Part shown: one piece after another, positions 32,295-41,415 of the stretch
Layout of the letters: each line of letters opens with the position of its first letter
Position numbering within the stretch: position 1 is the first letter of the stretch
Assembly (NCBI GenBank): GCA_024694145.1
Contig: JAILKD010000065.1
Coordinates: forward strand, 1,280 to 65,279
Source: a bacterium
Lineage (GTDB): Bacteria > Bacillota_I > Bacilli_A > Acholeplasmatales > JAEDCM01
DNA: 64,000 nt
Direction of reading: 5' to 3'
The notes under the pieces: model-generated
Told to the model about the DNA's origin: nothing
Seen by the model: only the letters and a program-made list of their open reading frames with translations
Database searches by the model: none
Position numbers and translations under genes: made by a program

Positions 32295-32876
32295 CTAACT
32301 ATATTTCTTTATAAACATCTCTGCACTCATTTTCTTTGTGATCCTTAAATTCATTGCATTTTGCTCAATTAATTTATGTGCTTCATTTTCATTTACGTGC
32401 ATATTTTTAACAATAAGCACTTTTGCTTCTGAAACTAACTTTATTTCATCAAGCTTATCTTTAAATGATAGATTGTTTTGTTTTACTGTAGAAATCTTAT
32501 CTCTTGTAATACTTATAATTCTAAGTGTTTGAACGAATAAATCTTCCTCTATTGGTTTTGATAAAACAAATACACCATAATTATGAAGTCTAAAATATGC
32601 TTCATCATAATCTGTTTGTTTTGCTAGAACGAGAATTCCAAATTCGTCCTTATCACAAATAGATAAAACAAAATAAAATCCTTTATCACCATTAATAGGT
32701 GAATCAACAATAACAATATCGAACTTTCTTTCAACAATTAATCTTTTTGCTTGTTCTATATTTGTAGATACTGTCAATTCTACATATATGTTACTAGACA
32801 ATAGATCAACTGTTTTTTTATTAAATTGTTCGCTTGAAGAAACAAGTAATACGTTATATCTATTTTCTTTAAGCAT
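32295..32876 (-). CDS. ANTAR-domain RNA-binding antiterminator with a degenerate (pseudo-)receiver domain
   Basis: C-terminal ANTAR helices (VSEAKVLIVKNMHVNENEAHKLIEQNAMNLRITKKMSAEMFI). The N-terminal receiver fold has LLVSSSE in place of the usual acidic DD pocket. Confidence 0.75.
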   Translation of the reverse strand: MLKENRYNVLLVSSSEQFNKKTVDLLSSNIYVELTVSTNIEQAKRLIVERKFDIVIVDSPINGDKGFYFVLSICDKDEFGILVLAKQTDYDEAYFRLHNYGVFVLSKPIEEDLFVQTLRIISITRDKISTVKQNNLSFKDKLDEIKLVSEAKVLIVKNMHVNENEAHKLIEQNAMNLRITKKMSAEMFIKKYS

Positions 32877-32891
32877 ATATGTAGTCCTTAA

Positions 32892-33959
32892 CTATTCAGT
32901 ATATTCTTTAACGAAAGCACTAGTTAAGTGTTTTTTAACAAACTTACTATTTTTTGCTAAATCTACTGCTTTAGCTAAGCTTGTAGCTTTGCCTAAACCA
33001 GTTTGATTATCAAAAATAGAATAAATTAATAAAGCATATACTAGATAAGGATTATATCCATCACTTAATCTTTCCACATAGATTTCGTTTAGATATGAAT
33101 CAAATGTAATGTCTTTTTCCGAATCGTAGTCATTATATAAGTTGTTTGTATTATTTAAGAATAAATATATTTCATCGTAATGTTTTTTGATATTTTTAAT
33201 AGCTAGTTTAAATGTTGCTGGATCAGCTGAAATAACTATTCTATGCTTGCTTACTGGCTTACCATTAATAGGCATATGAGAAAAATCTGCATACAAACCA
33301 TTCTTAACAGCAATAGTCTTTACTGCTGATATAAATGTTAGAGAATCTTCAGCAGCAACTAGTGGACTATCCTTTTGCATAAGTATTTTATTTTGTCCAG
33401 GTCCTAATGCATGAAATGATCCACATGTAGGAATATGCATCTCTGATAATGTTAGGCATATTTCTCTTCTTATATTCGCTCCTTTATCAAGTGGTGCAAC
33501 ATCCATATAGCTTGCATTATCATATGGAGTTTTTGTCACATTACCATCTTCATCAAGTTTAAATAAATAGAATTCAAATTCTGTTCTTAAGAATATTGAA
33601 GCATTCTTTTTATCTAAATAATCAACTGCCTTTTTTAAAATAGTTCTAGCTCCAAAATCAAAATCTGTTCCATCTTGATTTTTCACATCACAATACATTT
33701 TTACAACTCTTCCTGTTGAAGGTCTCCAAGGTAATACTGAAATAGTGTTTGGATCAGGATAAAGCACTACCTTCCCTTCTAATGAATCTAGGATACTTGA
33801 TGCATATATAGTGCATCCACTATTAAATACACTTTCTAGTTCACTAGGCATAATCGCAATATTTTTTTGCTTACCATATGCATCTAGAAAAAGTAATCTA
33901 ATAAATTTGACATCCTCTTCCTTTACATACTCTAAAATGTTTTCTTTTGAATAACTCAT
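32892..33959 (-). CDS. Truncated glutamine-synthetase-like protein, probably non-catalytic
   Basis: GS beta-grasp N-terminus (VKFIRLLFLDAYGKQKNIAI) and the FEFYLF motif. The metal-binding motif HHEVAPGQHE is replaced by FHALGPGQNK (33387-33416), and GSGMH by VSKHR. Only 355 aa. Confidence 0.7.
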   Translation of the reverse strand: MSYSKENILEYVKEEDVKFIRLLFLDAYGKQKNIAIMPSELESVFNSGCTIYASSILDSLEGKVVLYPDPNTISVLPWRPSTGRVVKMYCDVKNQDGTDFDFGARTILKKAVDYLDKKNASIFLRTEFEFYLFKLDEDGNVTKTPYDNASYMDVAPLDKGANIRREICLTLSEMHIPTCGSFHALGPGQNKILMQKDSPLVAAEDSLTFISAVKTIAVKNGLYADFSHMPINGKPVSKHRIVISADPATFKLAIKNIKKHYDEIYLFLNNTNNLYNDYDSEKDITFDSYLNEIYVERLSDGYNPYLVYALLIYSIFDNQTGLGKATSLAKAVDLAKNSKFVKKHLTSAFVKEYTE

Positions 33960-33983
33960 TATTTTTCACCTCGCATAAAAAAT

Positions 33984-34038
33984 AAAAATAAAAAAGGGCG
34001 CTAAAGAAACTATTAATAATTTCTTCTTGAACGCCCTT
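33984..34038 (-). terminator. Leader terminator/attenuator upstream of the GS-like/ANTAR operon
   Basis: Minus strand reads AAGGGCG-(31 nt with inner AAGAAA/TTTCTT stem)-CGCCCTT followed by TTTTTTATTTTTATTTTTT. It lies between the promoter and the SD (GAGGTG). An upstream GAAC-AAGGGC-GTTC hairpin competes for the GGGCG arm. Confidence 0.6.
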
Positions 34039-34048
34039 GTTCGCACTT

Positions 34049-34078
34049 ATTATAACATTATATTTTTTTTCGTGTCAA
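34049..34078 (-). promoter_or_regulatory. Sigma-A type promoter of the GS-like/ANTAR/dapFL/pyrG/gltBD operon
   Basis: Minus strand TTGACA (34078-34073), 18-nt spacer, TATAAT (34054-34049). Confidence 0.55.
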
Positions 34079-34220
34079 TAAGTTTTTTTGCAATTTTTTT
34101 GTTTTTTTTATTTTCCATAATTATTGTTTATATTTATTATAATTATATATAATAATAAGCACTAAAAAAATGGCTAAAAATAGGCATTTTTTATGTAATC
34201 GTTTTCATATTTTTTACGTG

Positions 34221-34249
34221 TTGACATATAAAAAAATAAGTTATACAAT
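34221..34249 (+). promoter_or_regulatory. Sigma-A type promoter of the glnN operon
   Basis: TTGACA (34221-34226), 17-nt spacer, TACAAT (34244-34249). Confidence 0.55.
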
Positions 34250-34252
34250 GAA

Positions 34253-34310
34253 GCCATAGAAAGGCAATGGCGCCTAACTTGAGAGATCAAGAAGTGCCTG
34301 CCTTTTTTTG
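34253..34310 (+). promoter_or_regulatory. glnN leader with mutually exclusive antiterminator and terminator hairpins
   Basis: GCCAT-AGAAAGGCA-ATGGC (34253-34271) shares GGC with the terminator GGCGC..CTTGA-GAGA-TCAAG..GTGCC (34269-34298), which is followed by TGCCTTTTTTTG. Confidence 0.5.
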
Positions 34311-34336
34311 TTTTATAAACTTTAGGAGGTGTATTT

Positions 34337-36421
34337 ATGAAACAGCTAGAATCGTATTTTGGATCTTTAGTCTTTGATGATAAAGTAATGAAATCAAGAC
34401 TATCATCTGATGTTTATAAATCACTAAAAAGGACAATTAGTGATGGAAAGGAATTAGACCTAAGTGTTGCTAATAGCGTCGCTCAAGCTATGAAAGACTG
34501 GGCCATTGAACAAGGTGCTACACATTACACTCACTGGTTCCAACCAATGACTGGTGTAACAGCTGAAAAGCATGATAGCTTCATCTCACCTGATGCAGAT
34601 GGTAGAGTTATTATGGAATTCAAGGGTAAAGAACTTGTTAAAGGTGAACCAGATGCATCAAGCTTCCCATCAGGTGGCTTAAGAGCAACTTGTGAAGCTA
34701 GAGGATACACTGCTTGGGATCCAACAAGCTATGCTTTTATTAAAGATAAATGCTTATGCATCCCTACAGCATTCTGTTCTTATGGTGGACAAGCTCTAGA
34801 TAAGAAAACTCCACTTTTAAGAAGTATGCAAGCTATTAACAAACAGGCTCTAAGAGTTTTAAAACTATTTGGTAATGAAAATGTTACTTCTGTTAAAACT
34901 ACAGTAGGTCCTGAACAAGAGTATTTCTTAGTTGATAAAGAAATGTATGACAAGAGAAAGGATTTAATCTATACAGGTAGAACACTATTTGGTGCAAGTG
35001 CTCCAAAGGGCCAAGAGCTTGAAGATCATTATTTTGGTGTTATTAAGCCTAGAGTACAAGCTTTCATGAATGATTTAAATGAAGAGCTTTGGAAGCTTGG
35101 TATTTTAGCTAAAACAGAACATAATGAAGTAGCTCCCGCACAACATGAGCTTGCTCCAATCTTCGCTACAACAAATATTGCAGCAGACCATAACCAAATT
35201 ACAATGGAAATTATGCAAAAGGTTGCTAAAAAACATGGTCTAGTTTGTTTACTACATGAAAAACCATTTAAGGGAGTAAATGGTAGTGGTAAACATAACA
35301 ACTGGAGTATTTCAACAAATACTGGTGTTAACCTACTTGAACCAGGGGATACACCAATTGAAAATGCCCAATTCTTGCTATTTTTAACAGCTGTTATCAA
35401 AGCTGTAGATGAATATCAAGACTTACTTAGAATTAGTGTCGCAAGTGCTGGTAACGACTTCCGTCTTGGTGCAAACGAAGCACCTCCAGCAATCATCTCA
35501 ATCTTCGTTGGTGATGAATTACAAGCTGTACTTGATGCTATTGAAACTGGTAAACCACTTACAAGCAAAAAGGATGGTTCACTAAAGATTGGTGCTGATG
35601 TATTACCTAAGTTACCAAAAGATTCAACAGATAGAAACAGAACAAGTCCATTCGCATTTACAGGAAATAAATTTGAATTTAGAGCACTTGGTTCTAGTGA
35701 ATCAATTTCATGTGCAAACATTATGTTAAATACAGCAGTTGCTGAAGAATTAAAAGAGTTTGCTGATATCTTAGAAAAATCAAAGAACTTCAAAGAAGAT
35801 TTACATGAATTAGTTAAGAAAACAATCGTTGAACATAAACGTATTATATTCAATGGTAATGGTTATGATGATTCATGGGTTAAAGAAGCTACTAAACGTG
35901 GACTATTAAACTTAAAGTCTACTCCAGAAGCTCTTCCATATTACTTACATGATAAGAATAAACAATTATTCATTAGCCATGCAGTATATAGTGAAGATGA
36001 AATTCTTGCTAGATATGAAATAGCTCAAGAACATTACCAAAAGATTGTTAATATTGAAGCTTTAACTGAATTAGATATGTTAAACAAGGATCTTCTTCCA
36101 GCTATAAGCAAATATACTAAATATTTAGCTGAGGCAATCACTGTAAAGAAAGGATTAAATGCCGAAATCCTTTATGAAAATAGTCAGTTAATAGATATAA
36201 CAAAAGGCTTAACTGAGGCATATTCTCTAAAACTTGAATTAGAAAAAGTCTTAAGTAATAAGCCTACTACTTCTGTTGAAGAAATCTCAATTTACTATAA
36301 AGATAAAGTATTACCATTAATGGATGAAATAAGAACTATTATTGATGGAATCGAGGCTAAAGTAGATAAATCATTCTGGCCTTATCCTTCTTATGGAGAT
36401 CTATTATTTGGTGTAAGATAG
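34337..36421 (+). CDS. glnN: Glutamine synthetase type III
   Basis: 694 aa. The N-terminus [15 protein letters not shown]...THYTHWFQP and the core [16 protein letters not shown] are typical of GSIII. Confidence 0.9.
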   Translation: MKQLESYFGSLVFDDKVMKSRLSSDVYKSLKRTISDGKELDLSVANSVAQAMKDWAIEQGATHYTHWFQPMTGVTAEKHDSFISPDADGRVIMEFKGKELVKGEPDASSFPSGGLRATCEARGYTAWDPTSYAFIKDKCLCIPTAFCSYGGQALDKKTPLLRSMQAINKQALRVLKLFGNENVTSVKTTVGPEQEYFLVDKEMYDKRKDLIYTGRTLFGASAPKGQELEDHYFGVIKPRVQAFMNDLNEELWKLGILAKTEHNEVAPAQHELAPIFATTNIAADHNQITMEIMQKVAKKHGLVCLLHEKPFKGVNGSGKHNNWSISTNTGVNLLEPGDTPIENAQFLLFLTAVIKAVDEYQDLLRISVASAGNDFRLGANEAPPAIISIFVGDELQAVLDAIETGKPLTSKKDGSLKIGADVLPKLPKDSTDRNRTSPFAFTGNKFEFRALGSSESISCANIMLNTAVAEELKEFADILEKSKNFKEDLHELVKKTIVEHKRIIFNGNGYDDSWVKEATKRGLLNLKSTPEALPYYLHDKNKQLFISHAVYSEDEILARYEIAQEHYQKIVNIEALTELDMLNKDLLPAISKYTKYLAEAITVKKGLNAEILYENSQLIDITKGLTEAYSLKLELEKVLSNKPTTSVEEISIYYKDKVLPLMDEIRTIIDGIEAKVDKSFWPYPSYGDLLFGVR

Positions 36422-36433
36422 GAGGAATTATTT

Positions 36434-38188
36434 ATGGAAGCATTAGAAGCTGTATTTAGTGTCTGGTTTTTAATTGGTGCAGCACTAGTATTCTTTATGC
36501 AAGCAGGATTTGCAATGGTTGAAACAGGTTTTACTAGAGCAAAGAATGCTGGAAACATCATTATGAAAAACTTAATGGACTTCTGTATTGGTACAGTAGC
36601 ATTCGTTTTACTTGGTGGTGGATTATTACTTGGAGAAGATGCTCTTGCTGGGTTAGTCGGTATTCCAACTTTAGGATTATTTACTAACTTTGAGACATTT
36701 GATTGGTCAAACTTCGTATTTAACTTAGTATTCTGTGCTACAGCAGCTACAATTGTTAGTGGAGCCATGGCAGAACGTACTAAATTCATTTCATATTGTA
36801 TTTATTCTTTTGTAATTTCACTTGTTATTTATCCAATTGAAGCTCACTGGGTATGGGGCGGTGGATGGCTATCAAAATTAGGATTTATTGATTTTGCTGG
36901 TTCTGCTGCTATTCATACTGTTGGTGGTGTATGTGCTTTAATAGGTGCAATATTCCTTGGAGCAAGACTTGGAAAATATGTAAAAGATGAAAATGGTAAA
37001 GTTGTTAAAGTAAATGCTATTCAAGGTCATTCTATTCCACTTGGAGCTCTAGGATGCTTCATTCTATGGTTTGGATGGTATGGATTTAATGGTGCAGCAG
37101 CAAAGAGCATTGCTGAATTAGGTCAAATCTTTGCTACTACTACTGTTGCTCCTGCTGTAGCAACTTGTGTAACATTATTATTTACTTGGATTAAAAACGG
37201 AAAACCAGATGTATCAATGTGCTTAAACGCTAGCTTAGCAGGCTTAGTTGCAATTACTGCTGGATGCCAAGCAGTAGATATCATTGGTACAATTATAATT
37301 GGTGCTGTAAGTGGTATTTTAGTAGTTGTAGTAGTTGAAATGTTAGACTTAAAGTTACACATTGATGATCCTGTTGGTGCATGCGGTGTCCATTTAGCAA
37401 ATGGTATTTGGGGAACAATTGCTGCTGGATTATTTGCTACAGGTTCTTCTATTAATGGTGTAGATGGTCCAATCTATGCTTTAATACATGGAACAAGCTT
37501 TGCTGAAGGTATGAAAGTATTTGGAGTTCAATTATTAGGAATAATTTGTATTATTGCTTGGACAGCAGCAACAATTATTCCAACATTCATTATAATCAAC
37601 AAAACAATTGGTCTTAGAGTAGATGCTGAAGACGAATTAAAAGGCTTAGATGTTACAGAACATGGTCTAATCAATGCTTATGCAGGATTTGCACAAGCTC
37701 CTGAAGCATTAGACTATGGCGTAATAGCCGTAAATGGGGATGTACCACAAGCTGAAGCAGTCACAGTTACTCATTTGAGCGAAAATGATACTGTAATTCC
37801 ACAAACCTCGCAAAAAGCTTCAGCGGGTGCATTCACAAAGATCGAGATTATATGCAGGGAGCGTATGCTTGATTCTTTGAAGAATGCAATGGTTAAGATA
37901 GGTATAAATGGTATGACTGTAAGCCATGTAATGGGCTGCGGTGTACAAAAAGGTAAACCTGAATACTATAGAGGTGTTGCAGTTGAAGCTACACTTCTAC
38001 CTAAGATTCAAGTTGACATTGTCACTACAAGTGATAATGTAAGTAAAGCAATTGAAACTGCAAAAAAGACACTTTATACTGGTCACATTGGTGATGGTAA
38101 AATCTTCGTATATGATGTATTAAATATCGTAAAGGTTAGAACAGGTGAAACTGGTAAAGCAGCTCTTGCTGAAAGTGAATTAGAATAA
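36434..38188 (+). CDS. amt: Ammonium transporter fused to a C-terminal P-II (GlnK-like) domain
   Basis: Amt core (FFMQAGFAMVETG, AIHTVGGV, WFGWYGFN) followed by a linker. From about 37838 there is a P-II domain (KIEIICRE...GCGVQKGKPEYYRGVAVEATLLPK...GDGKIFVYDV). Confidence 0.85.
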   Translation: MEALEAVFSVWFLIGAALVFFMQAGFAMVETGFTRAKNAGNIIMKNLMDFCIGTVAFVLLGGGLLLGEDALAGLVGIPTLGLFTNFETFDWSNFVFNLVFCATAATIVSGAMAERTKFISYCIYSFVISLVIYPIEAHWVWGGGWLSKLGFIDFAGSAAIHTVGGVCALIGAIFLGARLGKYVKDENGKVVKVNAIQGHSIPLGALGCFILWFGWYGFNGAAAKSIAELGQIFATTTVAPAVATCVTLLFTWIKNGKPDVSMCLNASLAGLVAITAGCQAVDIIGTIIIGAVSGILVVVVVEMLDLKLHIDDPVGACGVHLANGIWGTIAAGLFATGSSINGVDGPIYALIHGTSFAEGMKVFGVQLLGIICIIAWTAATIIPTFIIINKTIGLRVDAEDELKGLDVTEHGLINAYAGFAQAPEALDYGVIAVNGDVPQAEAVTVTHLSENDTVIPQTSQKASAGAFTKIEIICRERMLDSLKNAMVKIGINGMTVSHVMGCGVQKGKPEYYRGVAVEATLLPKIQVDIVTTSDNVSKAIETAKKTLYTGHIGDGKIFVYDVLNIVKVRTGETGKAALAESELE

Positions 38189-38254
38189 AATTAGCGCTAT
38201 GTGTTAGGCAGAAATTGCTTAACACATATACGCATTTATAGAGAGGTAATTAAT

Positions 38255-39838
38255 ATGTGTTCAATAATGGGGTATTCTTCTCATAAAAACTATGAAGAAT
38301 TTAAAAAAGGCTTTGAAACGACAATTTCTCGTGGTCCCGATATGTCTAAAATTGTAAAAACAGAAACTGGATATTTGGCTTTTCATAGATTATCAATTAT
38401 GGGATTACACGATGAAGGTATGCAGCCATTTGAGTTAAATGGTAATATGTTAGTTTGTAATGGTGAAATATATGGATTTAGAAAAATTAAAGATGAGCTT
38501 ATTTGGGATGGATTTGAATTTAAAAGTGATTCTGACTGTGAAATACTTCTTCCACTATATGAAAAATATGGAGTAGAAATGTTTAAAATGTTAGATGCAG
38601 AATATGCTCTAATTATATATGATAGTAAGACAAAGTCTTTAATTGCAAGTCGTGATCCAATTGGTATTAGACCACTTTATTATGGATACGATAAGGAAGG
38701 AAACATTTGCTTTGCATCAGAACCTAAAAACTTAAAATATTTAGTAGAAAAAATCACACCATTTCCACCTGGAACATATTATAAGGATGGAAAATTCGTC
38801 TACTATAATAACATTACTGATGTAAAAGAAAGTGAATATAATAATGATTCTATGGAATTAATTGCTAAAAATATTCATGATAAATTAGTTGCCGGAGTAG
38901 TTAAAAGACTAGATGCAGATGCAAAAATAGGTTTCTTACTATCTGGAGGGTTAGATTCTTCACTAGTTTGTGCTATTGCGCAGAAAAACTTAAATCACCC
39001 TATAGAAACATTTGCAATAGGTATGTCTACTGATGCAATTGACTTAAAGTATGCTAAACAGGTAGCTGATTATATCCATTCAAACCATCATGAAATAATT
39101 ATTACTAAAGACGATGTATTAAATGCACTTGAAGAAGTTATTGAAGTACTTGCAACTTATGATATTACAACAATAAGAGCTTCTATTGGAATGTATTTAA
39201 TATGCAAAGTAATCCATAATACTACTGATATTAGAGTTCTATTAACAGGTGAAATAAGTGATGAATTATTTGGTTATAAATATACAGACTTTGCACCTAA
39301 TGCTAAAGAATTCCAAGAAGAAAGTTTAAAGAGAGTTAGAGAGTTACATATGTATGATGTTCTTCGTGCAGATAGATGTATATCAAGTAACTCACTAGAA
39401 GCTAGAGTTCCATTTGGTGATCTAGATTTTGTTAAATATGTATTAAGAATAAACCCAGAATTAAAAATGAACAAATACAATATGGGTAAGTACTTACTTA
39501 GAAATGCCTTTAGAGGAGATTACTTACCAGAAAGTATTCTATTTAGAGAAAAAGCAGCGTTCTCTGATGCTGTAGGACACTCTATGGTTGATTACCTAAA
39601 AGAATACGCAAATAATAAATATAGCGATAAGGAGTATAATGAAAAAATAGAAAAATATAGCTTCTCTAAGCCATTTACAAAAGAGTCATTACTATATAGA
39701 GAAATATTTGAAAAATATTATCCAAATCAAGCAGAAATGATTGTTGATTTCTGGATGCCTAATAAAAACTGGGAAAACTGTAATGTAAATGACCCAAGTG
39801 CAAGAGTTCTAAAGAACTATGGAAATAGTGGTAAATAG
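38255..39838 (+). CDS. asnB: Asparagine synthase (glutamine-hydrolysing)
   Basis: Ntn start MCSIMG (the Cys must follow the initiator Met; SD AGAGAGGT upstream). The synthetase domain has SGGLDSS. The ORF-track start at 38201 is rejected. Confidence 0.9.
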   Translation: MCSIMGYSSHKNYEEFKKGFETTISRGPDMSKIVKTETGYLAFHRLSIMGLHDEGMQPFELNGNMLVCNGEIYGFRKIKDELIWDGFEFKSDSDCEILLPLYEKYGVEMFKMLDAEYALIIYDSKTKSLIASRDPIGIRPLYYGYDKEGNICFASEPKNLKYLVEKITPFPPGTYYKDGKFVYYNNITDVKESEYNNDSMELIAKNIHDKLVAGVVKRLDADAKIGFLLSGGLDSSLVCAIAQKNLNHPIETFAIGMSTDAIDLKYAKQVADYIHSNHHEIIITKDDVLNALEEVIEVLATYDITTIRASIGMYLICKVIHNTTDIRVLLTGEISDELFGYKYTDFAPNAKEFQEESLKRVRELHMYDVLRADRCISSNSLEARVPFGDLDFVKYVLRINPELKMNKYNMGKYLLRNAFRGDYLPESILFREKAAFSDAVGHSMVDYLKEYANNKYSDKEYNEKIEKYSFSKPFTKESLLYREIFEKYYPNQAEMIVDFWMPNKNWENCNVNDPSARVLKNYGNSGK

Positions 39839-39849
39839 GAAGTGATATT

Positions 39850-41274
39850 ATGTTTGATCAAGTACATGAAGAATGTGGTGTATTTGGAATATTTGAAAAT
39901 GAATCATCTAATTTAGCCCAAGAGGTATACCTTGGGCTTTATGCCTTACAACATAGGGGCCAAGAAGCATGTGGTATTGCTATATGTGATGATGGTGTTA
40001 TATCATGCCATAAAGGAGTAGGTTTAGTTAGTGATGTATTTAATAAAGAATCTCTAAAAAAACTAGGTAATTCAAATATGGCAATAGGTCATGTTAGATA
40101 CTCTACTACTGGCTCTAATAACTTAAATAATGTACAACCATTAGTAGTAAAACATTTAAAAGGAAATCTTGCTTTAGTTCATAATGGTAACTTAACAAAT
40201 GCATCTTCTATTAGAGAAAAGTTTGAACTAGAAGGTGCAATCTTCCATGCATCTAGTGATACAGAAGATATTTGCTACTCTATAGTTAAAGAACGTTTAA
40301 CTTCTAAATCTATTGAAGAAGCTATTGAAAAAACAATGGATACTATTAAAGGAGCTTATTCATGTATTGCAATGAGCCCATCAAAATTAATTGCTTTTAG
40401 AGATCCATTTGGCTTTAGACCTTTATGTATTGGTAAAACTAGTACTAATGGTTATGTAGTATCTAGTGAATCATGTGCCTTAGATACAATAGGCGCAAAG
40501 TTTATTAGAGATATTGAACCAGGTGAAATAGTTGTAATTACAAATAATGGCTTAAAATCGATAAAAACCAAAGCTTTAGAACATAAGATTTGTATATTTG
40601 AATATATTTATTTTGCTAGAGAGGATTCTATTGTAGAAGGTTCTAGTATATACAAGTCTCGTCTTCTTGCAGGTCGTCTACTATCTCATGAAAAGGAAGT
40701 AAAGGCTGATGTAGTTATAGGTGTACCTGATTCAGGTATAACTGCTGCTCTTGGTTATTCAAGAGAAAGTGGTATACCTTTTGAATATGGATTTGTTAAA
40801 AATAAATATATTGGCAGAAGTTTCATTAAGCCTGAACAAAAGGATAGAGAATCAACTGTACAAATTAAACTTAATGTAATAAAAGAATCAGTAAAAGATA
40901 AAGTAGTTGTGTTAGTAGATGATTCTATAGTTAGAGGTACTACTTCTGCTAGAATAGTTAAATTATTAAAGGATAATGGAGCTAAAGAGGTACATTTAAG
41001 AGTAAGTGCTCCTCCTTTTAAATATCCTTGTTATTTTGGTACAGATATAGATAGTAGAGAAAACTTAATTGCTTGTAAATATGATAGTGTTGATGAAATT
41101 GCTAAAGTTATAGGTGCTGATAGTCTTGCTTATTTATCAATAGAAAATGCAAGAAAACTTCCATACAATTCTAAGTGTAGTTGTTGTGACGGCTGTTTTT
41201 CTGGAATATATCCACTGGATATTGATACAAATCAAAGAAAAAACAAATTTGAAAGCAAAAAAAATCAAAAATGA
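39850..41274 (+). CDS. purF: Amidophosphoribosyltransferase
   Basis: ECGVFGI Ntn start, PRTase motif VVLVDDSIVRGTTS, and C-terminal Fe-S cysteines. Confidence 0.93.
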   Translation: MFDQVHEECGVFGIFENESSNLAQEVYLGLYALQHRGQEACGIAICDDGVISCHKGVGLVSDVFNKESLKKLGNSNMAIGHVRYSTTGSNNLNNVQPLVVKHLKGNLALVHNGNLTNASSIREKFELEGAIFHASSDTEDICYSIVKERLTSKSIEEAIEKTMDTIKGAYSCIAMSPSKLIAFRDPFGFRPLCIGKTSTNGYVVSSESCALDTIGAKFIRDIEPGEIVVITNNGLKSIKTKALEHKICIFEYIYFAREDSIVEGSSIYKSRLLAGRLLSHEKEVKADVVIGVPDSGITAALGYSRESGIPFEYGFVKNKYIGRSFIKPEQKDRESTVQIKLNVIKESVKDKVVVLVDDSIVRGTTSARIVKLLKDNGAKEVHLRVSAPPFKYPCYFGTDIDSRENLIACKYDSVDEIAKVIGADSLAYLSIENARKLPYNSKCSCCDGCFSGIYPLDIDTNQRKNKFESKKNQK

Positions 41275-41344
41275 TTTAATGCATAAGTGTGAAATATGGC
41301 TTTATATCTAATTCATAACTACAACTTATAGTTAAAATAAGAAA

Positions 41345-41380
41345 TTATAAATTTAAAATTTATAAATATAGCACTATAAT
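41345..41380 (+). promoter_or_regulatory. Putative carAB promoter overlapped by a perfect 10-1-10 palindrome
   Basis: TTATAAATTT-A-AAATTTATAA (41345-41365) covers TTTAAA (41352-41357). A 17-nt spacer leads to TATAAT (41375-41380). Confidence 0.35.
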
Positions 41381-41415
41381 ATAATAGGAAAAAGTATTAA
41401 TTGAGGTGGTAAAAC

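Noticed and set aside
34253-34336. Glutamine (glnA-motif) riboswitch in the glnN leader
   Set aside because: The leader lacks the conserved glnA-motif three-stem junction and its conserved nucleotides. It is better described as a simple antiterminator/terminator pair.
35029-37362. Minus-strand ORFs inside glnN and amt (35029-35400, 35416-35853, 36391-36789, 37123-37362)
   Set aside because: They are antisense to strongly supported conserved genes, and their composition is typical of shadow ORFs.
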